Of a stretch of 64,000 bases of DNA, positions 9,301 to 19,730 are shown piece by piece. Positions within the stretch are counted from its first letter, which is position 1; every line of letters begins with the position of its first letter. The translations under genes were made by a program, and so were the position numbers. The stretch covers positions 8,165 through 72,164 of the IMG/VR virus record IMGVR_UViG_3300035670_000154. The stretch is one strand, 5' to 3'. The notes under the pieces were generated by a model. That model did not search any database and was not told where the DNA came from. It worked only from the letters and a program-made list of their open reading frames with translations. Source of the stretch: a virus.

Positions 9301-10691
9301 AAACAAAAAGAAATATAATAAGAGAGTCTCTTTTTAGAGGAGATTATAATAAGTTTCTTGAGTTTGTCAAGTGTCGTGATAAAAATGACACAAAAAGCGA
9401 GTTTTTAGATCAGTTTTGGTGTTTGATTGATCCAAATCACAAGGATTATAACAAAAAGTTTTTTTTCTTTAAAGGTGGTCGTGGGGCTGGTAGAACAACA
9501 GCGGTAAGCAATTGGCTTATAGATTATGTCAGAATGGTTAAGACAACTGTTGTTGTTGCTAGGGGTTCTGCCGTAAGCATACAAGATTCTTGTTATAAAG
9601 AACTTATTGGAAGAATAGAAGAGCTTGAAATTATAGATCAATTTGATGTTTTTGCTGATTCTATTGTATGTAAAAAAACAGGAACAAACATAATTTTTAA
9701 AGGTGTTGAAAGAAACACTCCTGCGATAAAGTCAATTCCAGATATAGGTGTGTTTTGGGTTGAGGAGGCTCAAGGTTTGTCTTATGATCAGTTCATGACA
9801 ATATCTCCAACTATATCAAGGAACAAGGGATTTAGGTTTATTGTAACCTATAACCCACAAGAAGAAGATGATGATATTGAGCAAATAAGAAAAGTAATCC
9901 CAGTTGATGATTTGTATGTATGTCATATGAATTACCATGATAACCCTTGGATTAGTGAAGATTTTGTAAAATTTGCTGAAGGCATAAAGATAAACGATTA
10001 CGACACATATCGTAATGTATATTTAGGTGAGTTTAAATCAATTAGCCAGTTTTCAATTATTGGAGACAAATTACAGCTAAAAGAATTTACCATTGATCCT
10101 AAAGACAGAGGTTGGCAAGGTCCTTATTACGGAATGGATTTTGGTAATGTTGATCCAAATGCTATTGTAGAAGTTTATATTAAAAAAGATGAAACATCAG
10201 ATTTTAATGATCTTTATATAAACAAGGCATACGCAAAACCAGGCTTGAGTTTAGATAATGTCAAAAAAGATGATTCTGAATTAATAACATGGGTTAGAAA
10301 TAGATTTGGAAATTTCTATAGAACATGTTATGCGGACTCTGCTAGAGGTGAAATAATAGACCTTTTAAAAAGCAGGGGTTTTAATGTTGAGAGATGTTCT
10401 AAAGGTGCTGGATCAATAGAACTTGGTATAAAGTTCATAAGATCGTTTAGAACAATCTACGTTCAAAGTGAACACAAAGATTGTTATGATGAATTAAGGC
10501 TTTGGCGATACAAAGAGAGAAAAAAAGTTTCTTACGGCGAATCTAGGATTATTGACGAACAAGAAGATAAAAACAATCATTATGCAGACGCTATTCGCTA
10601 TGCTTTTAGCAAAATCATTACAGACCCGTCAAAGATAAAGCCTGCAAGAGGTATGTTATTAAGGTTTCCAAAAGGTTTTTTTGATAAATGA
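9297..10691 (+). CDS. terL: terminase large subunit (PBSX/Terminase_3-like)
   Basis: GGRGAGRT Walker A-like, WVEEA Walker B, TYNP, GMDFG..DP nuclease, NHYADAIRYA. Confidence 0.93.
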   Translation: MKTKRNIIRESLFRGDYNKFLEFVKCRDKNDTKSEFLDQFWCLIDPNHKDYNKKFFFFKGGRGAGRTTAVSNWLIDYVRMVKTTVVVARGSAVSIQDSCYKELIGRIEELEIIDQFDVFADSIVCKKTGTNIIFKGVERNTPAIKSIPDIGVFWVEEAQGLSYDQFMTISPTISRNKGFRFIVTYNPQEEDDDIEQIRKVIPVDDLYVCHMNYHDNPWISEDFVKFAEGIKINDYDTYRNVYLGEFKSISQFSIIGDKLQLKEFTIDPKDRGWQGPYYGMDFGNVDPNAIVEVYIKKDETSDFNDLYINKAYAKPGLSLDNVKKDDSELITWVRNRFGNFYRTCYADSARGEIIDLLKSRGFNVERCSKGAGSIELGIKFIRSFRTIYVQSEHKDCYDELRLWRYKERKKVSYGESRIIDEQEDKNNHYADAIRYAFSKIITDPSKIKPARGMLLRFPKGFFDK

Positions 10692-12328
10692 TTAAAATAA
10701 TAAAAAGTCTTTTTAATAAAAAAAAAGAAAAAACAATAACAGTTGAAGAAAGAAAAAGACTACATAATGCTACTGATATTATAATCAGTAACGCAAGGCT
10801 ATCAAGAGAAAACAAAGAATATGTAAGAAAAAAAAGAGAAGCGTTAAATTCAATAATGTATAAAGGAGTTGGTGGAAAGGTCGATTTTTCAGACTCTTTT
10901 TCTTCTAGTGAATTATACAATGAATTTGATTTGTCTCCAACAGAAGATATCGCTGTAGTTGATAAAATCATTAGAGACGGGGCACGTGTAAGTCAGGTTT
11001 TTTTGTCTTCAGTTGCTAACGCGGGTCTTATACAAAAAATACTTGCAGTGCTATCTCAAGAACCTACAAGGAATTGGCTCACTTGTGAGCAAAAAGAAAC
11101 ATTAGAAAAAATAAGCGATTTGTATCCAGATGTTAAAGAAAAGTGCGAAAAAGCTCTATATTATGCCGATCTTTATGGTTATTGCTTTATTTGGTTTAAG
11201 TCGTATCCAAAATCTGGAGTAACTGGTAATGAAACAACAGAAGAGCTTCAGAAAAAAATAGAAGAAGTAAAGGATTTTTATAAAAATAGACTGACTGACC
11301 CAATAAATTATATTGGTTTTGAGGTTTTGTCTCCAAACAGAGATGACGGAGTTGATGTTAAAGTTGTTGCAAAACAAGACCGTTTTGGTGGGAACAAAAA
11401 GTCTATTGATTACTATTCAATAGGTGAGTTTTCTCATATACACAAAAGTCATATTTATTTATTTACCCTTGAGCCAAGAATAAATGATGATTTTTTATTT
11501 GAAAACAGTGGGTTATCACATAGTTTAGTACAGAGAATTTTACCTAGCTTTATTCAGTATAAAACCGTTCTGGCTGAGGCGGTTAATTCTGCAATAACCA
11601 GAAACAATAAAATCTTAACACAAGATGAAACTGCCTGCGCCGCAAAAGATGAATTTATAGAGGAAGCAGTTAGAAAATGGATGGTGGAAAACCAATCGGC
11701 AACACCAGAGCAGATATTAAACATAAGGGCTGATTTTACCTCATCTTATGACGAAGCTCTTGCAAACGGGCTACTTGAAACTCAAAGAAAAACCAGTGTT
11801 TTTGTTGCTCCAGACGGAACAAGTTTGACAAACATAAATGGAAGAATAGATGATTATGTTGGGTTGCTAATTCATTTTAGACAGGAAATATCGTCAGACT
11901 CAAATGTACCAGGATCAAAATTAAATGGAACTCAGGCGGCAGGACTTGGAGCAAAGGATGAAGGCTCTCAAAAGTTTTGGCTACAAACCCTTGGAGCAAG
12001 ACAAAACGCATTAACTCCGATTTTGTTGTTGCATTATAAACTTGCTGCGATTCAAATTGGCGGGCTACAAGAAATAAAATTAATATCATGGCTTCCAATG
12101 GATGAAAGCACAGGTGTTGATCTTTCAATAATAATTGAAAACAAAATGAAAGCAATTCAGATTGCAAGTGAACATTTAACAGAAAAAGAAATCAGAGAAA
12201 CAATTAGGCAGGATTTTGATTTAAATTTTATTGCCGCTGAAAAAGAAAATGATAAAAAGGTAGAAGAACATGCAAGAAAACTACAGGAATTACAAAAGAT
12301 GCCAAGTGGGAAAACAGGAAGTTCTTAA
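10688..12328 (+). CDS. portal protein (DUF1073-like)
   Basis: follows TerL; 546 aa; ADLYG..I, IHKSHI, G.S, VPGSKLNGTQAAGL motifs. Confidence 0.75.
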   Translation: MIKIIKSLFNKKKEKTITVEERKRLHNATDIIISNARLSRENKEYVRKKREALNSIMYKGVGGKVDFSDSFSSSELYNEFDLSPTEDIAVVDKIIRDGARVSQVFLSSVANAGLIQKILAVLSQEPTRNWLTCEQKETLEKISDLYPDVKEKCEKALYYADLYGYCFIWFKSYPKSGVTGNETTEELQKKIEEVKDFYKNRLTDPINYIGFEVLSPNRDDGVDVKVVAKQDRFGGNKKSIDYYSIGEFSHIHKSHIYLFTLEPRINDDFLFENSGLSHSLVQRILPSFIQYKTVLAEAVNSAITRNNKILTQDETACAAKDEFIEEAVRKWMVENQSATPEQILNIRADFTSSYDEALANGLLETQRKTSVFVAPDGTSLTNINGRIDDYVGLLIHFRQEISSDSNVPGSKLNGTQAAGLGAKDEGSQKFWLQTLGARQNALTPILLLHYKLAAIQIGGLQEIKLISWLPMDESTGVDLSIIIENKMKAIQIASEHLTEKEIRETIRQDFDLNFIAAEKENDKKVEEHARKLQELQKMPSGKTGSS

Positions 12329-13268
12329 ATATCCGTATGGAAATGTATTTCGATCTGAAGATAATCTAAGGCAAACCGCTGATATTATAAACAAAAAGAG
12401 AGCTATCCCAATAAACACAAAACATGATTATACAGACACAAGCAAAGATTTTGAAGCAATAGGAACTGTATTAAACCCAGAAGTTAATGAAAAAAAACTT
12501 TTTTGTGAACTCTCAATGTGGAAAAAACCTAAAGATAGATTTATATCCTTAGGATCAAGAGGGAATCTAAAAAGACAACCAGGTGAATACAATGGAGAAA
12601 AATACGATTTTGTTATACAAAACGTTTTTGACGTTGATCATATTGCTATAACACCAACACCAAGATCGCCTGACGCAAGATTAATTGATTCAAAAGAAGA
12701 GATTTGTGAAGTTCATTTTTTAGATTCTATTGAAATTGAAGGTTTTGCCGATTATTTTAACGGCGAAAATGTTGTTGAAAAACAACAGCTATTGACAGAT
12801 GAAAAAAATAAAATTAATATTAAGGAAGAAAAAAAAATGGAAATTGAAAAACAAATTAAAGACTTATTAGATTCTATTACAGAAATTAAAAAAAGTCAAG
12901 AAAAGATTATTTCAAATCAAGAAAATCAATCAAAAGTCGTTACTAACCTTCAAGACTCTTTAGAACAAATCCAAAAAAACGCAGAAGAAAATAAAATTGA
13001 GCAAGAAAAAAAACAGTCTTTGCTTTCTGCTGCAAAAGAAAAAGGGATTACACTTTCTGATAGCAAAACATCTCAAGAAATGGCTAAGGCTATTATTGAA
13101 TCAATAGTTCAAGAGACTGGGGTTTCTTTAAGTTTATCAGATTCTATATCTATGGACGCTGCATTAATTGCGTTATCAATGTATACACCAAAACAAAAAA
13201 CAAACCTTGAAGACTCAAAAGAAAAAGAAAAGGTCGAAGAAAAAAAAGTAACTTTGCCAAGATTATAA
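12270..13268 (+). CDS. prohead protease/scaffold (DUF2213-like)
   Basis: ISLGS..PGEYNGEKYDFVIQN..DHIAI..PR..RLIDS, then coiled-coil C-terminus. Confidence 0.75.
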   Translation: MQENYRNYKRCQVGKQEVLKYPYGNVFRSEDNLRQTADIINKKRAIPINTKHDYTDTSKDFEAIGTVLNPEVNEKKLFCELSMWKKPKDRFISLGSRGNLKRQPGEYNGEKYDFVIQNVFDVDHIAITPTPRSPDARLIDSKEEICEVHFLDSIEIEGFADYFNGENVVEKQQLLTDEKNKINIKEEKKMEIEKQIKDLLDSITEIKKSQEKIISNQENQSKVVTNLQDSLEQIQKNAEENKIEQEKKQSLLSAAKEKGITLSDSKTSQEMAKAIIESIVQETGVSLSLSDSISMDAALIALSMYTPKQKTNLEDSKEKEKVEEKKVTLPRL

Positions 13269-13290
13269 AAATAAAAAAAGGAAGCAAATA

Positions 13291-13833
13291 ATGCCTGGAT
13301 TTAGACAGACGGTGATAAGCCCAAAACAAACCTATGGTTTTATAGGTAACATTCAACAAGATACAGCGTATCAAGACATGACTTACGAAAATGGTAAGTT
13401 TGCTGATAACGCTGACTTAACAAAAATCAAGCCTGGAGTTTTTTTGACTTTTCAAACGCCAGGTTTTCTTGAGGTTGGTGGAACTGGAAAATATGCTGGT
13501 TTTTTAGATTACACATCAAATTATAAAGACAAGTATGAAAACCCAACGACATTTAAAAACATGGAGATTCGAGTAGCTAGGTCTGCTGGAACTTTCACGG
13601 CACTAGCGGATGCTGCGATTACAGAAGGACAGAGAATTGTCGTTTCAACATCAACTGGTGCTGTCCTTGGATTAAATGATGGTGATGCTATACCTCCTGG
13701 CTATATTGAGTTTAAAGATGAATTTGGTCAGAGGATTATGGTTGCAGAAGAGGACTCTGAAATGTTTGATAATCTAAATTTTAAACCTCAAACTCTTGGA
13801 GTAAAGGTTTATGTAAGATTTCTTAGAAAATAA
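13291..13833 (+). CDS. head decoration/cement protein
   Basis: between scaffold and capsid; M.GFRQTV..GFIG N-terminus typical of this head module. Confidence 0.6.
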   Translation: MPGFRQTVISPKQTYGFIGNIQQDTAYQDMTYENGKFADNADLTKIKPGVFLTFQTPGFLEVGGTGKYAGFLDYTSNYKDKYENPTTFKNMEIRVARSAGTFTALADAAITEGQRIVVSTSTGAVLGLNDGDAIPPGYIEFKDEFGQRIMVAEEDSEMFDNLNFKPQTLGVKVYVRFLRK

Positions 13834-13854
13834 TAATAAAAAAGGATAAAAAAT

Positions 13855-15078
13855 ATGCAACATATACCAGGACTTAGCAGCTCTTTTATGGCTAGTGTTT
13901 CACCAGGTTGGGGAGCTGCTCTTGTTGGTGAAAAAACAAAAAAAATTTTTGATCAAAAAGACGCAGTAAATAAAGCAGCAGAATCTTTTGAGAGAGCTAA
14001 TCTATCTGACTCTATTTCATCTATTTGGGGTGACTTAGGATACTCCATCGATATTGAAGATGAAAAAAAAGGAGTAACAACAAATTTTTTGGACTCTGAG
14101 GTTTTTCACGGCAATTCCAACCCAAGAGAATTGGCTTACAACATGATTGCTCAAACAATTATGTTGTTAAGAAAAGAAAATGATTGGTCTGAGCTACCAT
14201 CTACCGTTCTTGGCGGCGATTTATGGATGGCAGACTTGCTGCGAGTAAACTATGCAGATATGCAGGGAACTGGCTTACAGCGTTATGTGCCAGATGCTGT
14301 AAACAACCCAGCAAATGCCAATATTGAATTTACCCATGAGGACTTTCAAGTTGTTAGAATGGCATTGGTTTTTGCTGGTCATGGATTTGAGTTTAAAAGA
14401 GACAATCGAGGTAGATTTGATTTTGGGTATGAGGAAAATATAAGATCAACTGTAATGAGAACTGTATCTGATGAACTAGATACGATAAGAAAATACGGTG
14501 TTGTTATACAAAACCAAAAACACAAAGTTGTTGATCCAAATATTTGTGGGTATTTTAATAATCCAGCTTATCCAGCATCTTTGGCGCTATACACAGTTGG
14601 TACGTTCGATGGGGCTACAAAGGAAGAAATTGTAAAACACATTAAGCAAATGTTAATGGATTTAGACCAACAGGTTTATGATAATTCTGCTGCACAAAAA
14701 GCAGGTTTTTCTGTTCCAGCTACTCTAGTGATGCCTAGAGTAACATACGCAAGAATGACAAAAAAAGAAGAATTTGCTCAAGGCATTTATCACAGCATAG
14801 AAAGCGAAATTGCAACAGATTTTCCTTTGTTAAAAATTATGTATCGTTCAGAGCACGATGATAGTGGCTTTGGCGGGCTTGGTAAGTTTCATTTAATGTT
14901 GGATAGAAGTCGCGCAGTTGCAGGAATGCCGTCATCTTGGTGGTTTGACACTTGCCCACTAAAGGTTTCTTTTACAAGAAAGATTTTTGAAGTCCTATAT
15001 GAAAAACAAATAATGGCAATGGCTGGACATTTTATTGATCCTATTTGTCATATAATTCGTCATGGAGATGTAAGCTAA
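13855..15078 (+). CDS. major capsid protein (DUF2184-like)
   Basis: 407 aa, strong RBS; YG...GYFNNP and P.TLVMP motifs; synteny. Confidence 0.75.
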   Translation: MQHIPGLSSSFMASVSPGWGAALVGEKTKKIFDQKDAVNKAAESFERANLSDSISSIWGDLGYSIDIEDEKKGVTTNFLDSEVFHGNSNPRELAYNMIAQTIMLLRKENDWSELPSTVLGGDLWMADLLRVNYADMQGTGLQRYVPDAVNNPANANIEFTHEDFQVVRMALVFAGHGFEFKRDNRGRFDFGYEENIRSTVMRTVSDELDTIRKYGVVIQNQKHKVVDPNICGYFNNPAYPASLALYTVGTFDGATKEEIVKHIKQMLMDLDQQVYDNSAAQKAGFSVPATLVMPRVTYARMTKKEEFAQGIYHSIESEIATDFPLLKIMYRSEHDDSGFGGLGKFHLMLDRSRAVAGMPSSWWFDTCPLKVSFTRKIFEVLYEKQIMAMAGHFIDPICHIIRHGDVS

Positions 15079-15392
15079 TGTCTAAAAGAGAGAATCAAAA
15101 AATAATAGAAGCTAATATTGAAGACAAAAAAGATTTTGATGAATATTTTAGCTCTCCTGGAAAAGCTTCTTTTGTGGTAAAAAGAGAAGAAAATGAAATT
15201 ACCGTTATAACTTTGGAGTTTAAAAGAGTTTACGGTCATGGAGTTGGATGTGCAACAATTTCTTCAGAAAAATACAAAGCTTTGTATGGAAACTCAGAAG
15301 ACTTTAAAAATCTTGTTGATAAAGGTCGGATTTCCAAAAAAAGAGAAGATGTGGAGAAATGGTTTATTAAAAACCCACTTATTTTAAAATAA
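15078..15392 (+). CDS. hypothetical head-module protein
   Basis: ATG overlaps the capsid TAA (TAATG). Confidence 0.6.
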   Translation: MSKRENQKIIEANIEDKKDFDEYFSSPGKASFVVKREENEITVITLEFKRVYGHGVGCATISSEKYKALYGNSEDFKNLVDKGRISKKREDVEKWFIKNPLILK

Positions 15393-15396
15393 AACG

Positions 15397-15804
15397 ATGA
15401 CACCACTTGAGTTTTTTGATATTGAGGCTTCTGAATTTTCTTCATTAAGCGTTGATATTAAGCAATATTTCATAACATTAGCCGACGGTAAAAAGTCTTA
15501 TGAATGGTATTGCTTAACTGACGATGAGAAAAACAGAGCAAACGCTTTGTATGCCGCTTACTTAGTAAGTAAAAACCCAAAGTATAGCACATCATCAAAC
15601 TCAAGTAGTGATTTGTATTTAAAAAAGAAGGTTATTGATAAATCAACTTTTGAGTATGCTGAAAAAAGCGGATCAAAAAGCTCAAGCGCAACATATTCTT
15701 TTGATGATAATTATTATTTGACAGAGTACAAAGAGCTTGTTTCTAAATGTGGTTTTGGTAGTACGTCGTACAATAGATTGGCAATTTACGCTATTAAAAG
15801 ATGA
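15397..15804 (+). CDS. head-tail adaptor (DUF4054-like)
   Basis: PLEFF..SEFS..ALYAAYL..Y..EY..L pattern; synteny. Confidence 0.6.
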   Translation: MTPLEFFDIEASEFSSLSVDIKQYFITLADGKKSYEWYCLTDDEKNRANALYAAYLVSKNPKYSTSSNSSSDLYLKKKVIDKSTFEYAEKSGSKSSSATYSFDDNYYLTEYKELVSKCGFGSTSYNRLAIYAIKR

Positions 15805-16283
15805 TAAAAAGCAAAACAGAGTTTAAAAGCAATCTGTTAGAGATATTCAAGGCAATAACCCAGCTACAAACAAAAAAAATAAAAGCTGGGGTCTTGGATA
15901 GATCAGAAAAAAATAGTGAGACTGGAGAATCTGTTGTTGATTATGCTGTTTATAATCAATTTGGGTATGGAGTTCCTGCTAGGGCTTTTATGACTATTGG
16001 TGGTTTATTTTCAAAAAATAATACAGAACCGCTAGTTATAAATATGTTAAATGATTTGTTTAGGTTAAAGCCGATAAATAAACATTTGTCAATAATAGCA
16101 AAACAAATGTCTTCTGATATTAAATATGCAATAGACCCAACACAAATAAGCCCAGCTTTAAGCAAAACAACAATAGAGATAAAAAGAAAAAAAGGCAGAT
16201 CAAATCCGAGCAAAACACTTGTTGATACAAAGAGCCTTCACGGATCAATTAAGTTTTCTGTTGAGATAAAAAATGTCGTTTGA
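15801..16283 (+). CDS. neck/virion morphogenesis protein
   Basis: YAVYNQFG..VPARAFM..PALSKTTI..K..KTLVDT..L..SI motif. Confidence 0.75.
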   Translation: MIKSKTEFKSNLLEIFKAITQLQTKKIKAGVLDRSEKNSETGESVVDYAVYNQFGYGVPARAFMTIGGLFSKNNTEPLVINMLNDLFRLKPINKHLSIIAKQMSSDIKYAIDPTQISPALSKTTIEIKRKKGRSNPSKTLVDTKSLHGSIKFSVEIKNVV

Positions 16284-16710
16284 GAGCGTTTTTGCAGACA
16301 TGCTGCAAGATTTTACTATACTTCGTAGAGGAAGACAAAGTAAATCAAATGGAAGACCTATTGAAGGCGCTAGGTCTATCCTAACGGTAAAAGGTAGGTA
16401 TAACTCTGTAGGTGGTTCTTACACTGGAAAACTTCATTTTGATGATGGAGTTTCATTGATGGAAAACAGTATTTTCTTTTATACACAACAAGATTTGTTT
16501 ATAACTGGTCAGTATGATGACATGCAGCCAGATTTTGTTTTGATAGATGAAGGAAATGGCGCTATTTTTATGTATAAAGTTGAGGCTTTATATAAAAACA
16601 TGGATAACGATACAAGTGATAATAACATAAAACACAATAGATATCTTATCACAAAAACAATAAAATTTACAAACAACAACGATTGGTTGAATGGTGTTTT
16701 AAATGCCTAA
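16273..16710 (+). CDS. head closure/stopper protein
   Basis: synteny; beta-rich sequence. Confidence 0.5.
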   Translation: MSFESVFADMLQDFTILRRGRQSKSNGRPIEGARSILTVKGRYNSVGGSYTGKLHFDDGVSLMENSIFFYTQQDLFITGQYDDMQPDFVLIDEGNGAIFMYKVEALYKNMDNDTSDNNIKHNRYLITKTIKFTNNNDWLNGVLNA

Positions 16711-17407
16711 TAGTATACAGCAAATTATAGCTCAAGTTGATTCTACAACACCAATTAGAGGAAACGCCACAACTGAAAGTGTTAGATTTAATTTTGACAA
16801 AATTAAACAGGCGTTAATAGAGCTTAATGCTTATGGAGATGATTTAAGTAATCTTTTTCCAAATAAGCTTAATTTATCTGTTTTTGAGCAATACAAAACA
16901 AATTCTAGGTTTTATTTAGATGTTCAGTCTGGTGGAGCTATTGATTCTTTGTTTTCTATCCCATTAGCTGCTCAGACAAATGTACCATTGCTAATACCAT
17001 CACCAGTTGTTTTTGGCGCTGGAATAACTTATGACACTAATGATAGGGCAGTAGTTATACCAGAAGAAGGAAATTATTGTTTTTTTATTAAATTAAATAT
17101 ATTGCCAACTGGTAATGGTGTTTTAGAAACTAGGTTATCAAAAAAAAATGGGGCTAATTGGAGCGTTATTCCAGAAAGTTCTGAGCATACAAAAAGATAC
17201 TCAAATGGAGCTGAGGAGGTTGTTACTTATGTTCTTACAAGTAGTTTTTTAGCTAACGATAGGGTTTATATTCATTCAAACTCGAATCCAGCGAATGTTT
17301 CTTTTGTTAGTAGGGCTGGAACTTCTTTACAAAACCCAAGTAATCCAACAGACATTCAAGCGACAAAAACACTTGGTGCTAGGATTCAAGTTTTTAGAAT
17401 GGCGTAA
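16703..17407 (+). CDS. collar/whisker-like virion protein (coiled coil plus C1q/BclA-like beta domain)
   Basis: NATTESVRFNFDKIKQALIEL N-terminus; GITYD..VVIPEEGNY.F..L C-terminal pattern. Confidence 0.45.
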   Translation: MPNSIQQIIAQVDSTTPIRGNATTESVRFNFDKIKQALIELNAYGDDLSNLFPNKLNLSVFEQYKTNSRFYLDVQSGGAIDSLFSIPLAAQTNVPLLIPSPVVFGAGITYDTNDRAVVIPEEGNYCFFIKLNILPTGNGVLETRLSKKNGANWSVIPESSEHTKRYSNGAEEVVTYVLTSSFLANDRVYIHSNSNPANVSFVSRAGTSLQNPSNPTDIQATKTLGARIQVFRMA

Positions 17408-17410
17408 AAA

Positions 17411-17917
17411 ATGCAAGCAACACTTTTAGAACGTATTAGAGAGCCGTTTTATCATTTTGCAAAGAAGCTAACAGGCAATCCAGATGTGATGTTTTACATT
17501 GAGCCTGATGATGGTGGCAGCCCAAAGCCAAAAGAAATTTATTTTGTTTTATGCCCACTATTAGAAGATGATTTTGGAGCAACGCAGGGAATATATGTAC
17601 AAGAAGACGAAACGCAAAAAGTAGGCGGTCTAAGACAGATGAATATAAGAGTTTCTTGTATTGGAAAAGGCTCTTATTCTTTGTTAAGCAGGATAAACAC
17701 TCTTCTTCATTCTAATACAGGAAGAATAATAAAAGATGAGGAAAAGATAGCAATAGAAACACAAAAAGTTTTTTTATCTCCAAAAACCAATTTAGAACCG
17801 ATGTATATAGAAACAGCCCACGTAAATGGAGTAGCTAGGTACTATAGTTTTGAGACAGATAATGAAAACAATGATTACATTGAAACAATAAACGTTCCAC
17901 AAATAATAATTACATAA
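17411..17917 (+). CDS. tail terminator/completion protein
   Basis: directly upstream of the sheath; 168 aa. Confidence 0.55.
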   Translation: MQATLLERIREPFYHFAKKLTGNPDVMFYIEPDDGGSPKPKEIYFVLCPLLEDDFGATQGIYVQEDETQKVGGLRQMNIRVSCIGKGSYSLLSRINTLLHSNTGRIIKDEEKIAIETQKVFLSPKTNLEPMYIETAHVNGVARYYSFETDNENNDYIETINVPQIIIT

Positions 17918-17925
17918 GGATAAAA

Positions 17926-19266
17926 ATGGCTGTACAAATAAGCTCAGAAAATTTTATACAGGTTTTTTCAGAAATAGGCGACAAAGGCGTAAATAGATTA
18001 TATTTTGATAAGGTTTTGTTTGTCGCACATCACATGGCGTTTTCTGAAAGGGTTAGAAGTTATTTTAACATTGATTCAGCAAAAGACGACGGATTGCCAG
18101 AAATTGTTCAACAAGCTATCTCTTCAGCGTTATCAAATAACGCTCCTGTTGTTAAAGTAGGAAGAAGAAGCTTAAATAAGGCTGTAATTAAATTAACAGG
18201 CGTATTTGCTCCAAAATTATACCAATTAAAAATTGGCGACACACTGTATGGATACACTAGCTTAGTCGGCGATACCGAGACCGATATTATTGATGGAATT
18301 GATGCAGCATTAACTGGTGTGCCAAAAATAACAGTAACAAAAACTGCAACATCGATTGAGGTTAAATATATTGATGATGACGATGCTGTTCCAATTAAAC
18401 TAACAAAAAACCTTACTTGGGCATCTTTTGAGCCAAATACTTCAGCCAGCACAATTGTTGATGATTATGACAAAATAAAAGATGAAGACGCTGACTTTTT
18501 TCATGTTTGTATACAAGACAGGGATTTAGGAGAGGTTGAAAAAATTTCTTCTCACATGCAAACACAAGACAGAATTTTTTATGCTTGCGTGAATGACCCA
18601 TTAAATTACGATAGCGACGCCTCTATTGGTTTTGGAGCAGAGCTTTATGATAAAGGAAGAAATTGTACCTGTTTGTTTCAGTCTCAATTAGCTGATTCTG
18701 AATTTTTGGATATGGCTTCCGCTGGACTTGTCGCATCAAAAGAACCAGGAACGTATACTTTAAACTTAAAAAGACCATCAAATGTTTCTCCAGATTCTAT
18801 AACAGATACTCAATATCAAAACCTATTAAAGAAAAAAATAAACAGTTATTCAAAAATAGAAATTTTTAACAAAGGTATAACTGATGGTTTTGTTTCTTCA
18901 GGCAGACACCTTGATATACAAATTTCTGATTTTTATTTTAAAGCAATTTTAAAGGAAGAATTGGCTTTGTACCTATCAAATGAAGACAAACCTACTTACA
19001 CAGATGATGGTGGTATAGCAGACATAAAAGCAAGAACAGAGCTTGTTTTTAAAAGACTTCAGGATAAAGGTATTGTTGTTGCACAGAAATTTTTGGCGGA
19101 AGACGGGAAAACTCTTTTAGAGCCTTTTACTGTAAATGTTGTGTCAAGATCAAACTCTCCTCTTGGCGACAGAATAGATAGGGTCTATAACGGACTGACT
19201 TATCAGGCTTATTTAACTGGTGGTATTCATAAAATAATAGCTGTTAGAGGCGAATTGAACGTATAA
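17926..19266 (+). CDS. tail sheath protein (DUF3383-like)
   Basis: ERVRSY, EPGTYTLNLK, G.VSSG..LD, KPTYTDDG, DR..R.Y..L.G.IH. Confidence 0.88.
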   Translation: MAVQISSENFIQVFSEIGDKGVNRLYFDKVLFVAHHMAFSERVRSYFNIDSAKDDGLPEIVQQAISSALSNNAPVVKVGRRSLNKAVIKLTGVFAPKLYQLKIGDTLYGYTSLVGDTETDIIDGIDAALTGVPKITVTKTATSIEVKYIDDDDAVPIKLTKNLTWASFEPNTSASTIVDDYDKIKDEDADFFHVCIQDRDLGEVEKISSHMQTQDRIFYACVNDPLNYDSDASIGFGAELYDKGRNCTCLFQSQLADSEFLDMASAGLVASKEPGTYTLNLKRPSNVSPDSITDTQYQNLLKKKINSYSKIEIFNKGITDGFVSSGRHLDIQISDFYFKAILKEELALYLSNEDKPTYTDDGGIADIKARTELVFKRLQDKGIVVAQKFLAEDGKTLLEPFTVNVVSRSNSPLGDRIDRVYNGLTYQAYLTGGIHKIIAVRGELNV

Positions 19267-19282
19267 TAAAAAAGGAATATAA

Positions 19283-19720
19283 ATGGCTGTAAATGGTGTT
19301 ATTGGATTTGATAATATAGTATTAATTGTTGGTGGATTTGCAGTAAGAAACGGTCTTGTAAGGCTTGATATTGCTCCAGCAGAAAAAGCAAGCTTTACAA
19401 ATTACGGAAGCGGTCCCTCATCTTCTACCACTTTTAATACAAGCAAGCATAAATTAGTTACGATTGAATTATTGCCAACGGCAGATTCACATGGTGATAT
19501 TTATAATTTGCTTGATATTTCTTTAGCGACAGGGAAGGCATTTCCTTTTATTTATCGAGACCCAGCAAAAACAAATCAATATGTAATTAGCCAAATGGCT
19601 GTGGTTGAGGATGAGCCTACAATATCACACCAAAGGCTTGCGATTGACAATTCTGTTTGGGTTATTAGGGCAAATGGCACAACAACCGCTCAAAGCGGCT
19701 CTCTTGCTAGTTTAATATAA
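19283..19720 (+). CDS. tail tube protein
   Basis: 145 aa directly after the sheath; FPFIYRD..W.I motif. Confidence 0.75.
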   Translation: MAVNGVIGFDNIVLIVGGFAVRNGLVRLDIAPAEKASFTNYGSGPSSSTTFNTSKHKLVTIELLPTADSHGDIYNLLDISLATGKAFPFIYRDPAKTNQYVISQMAVVEDEPTISHQRLAIDNSVWVIRANGTTTAQSGSLASLI

Positions 19721-19730
19721 AGGATTTTTA

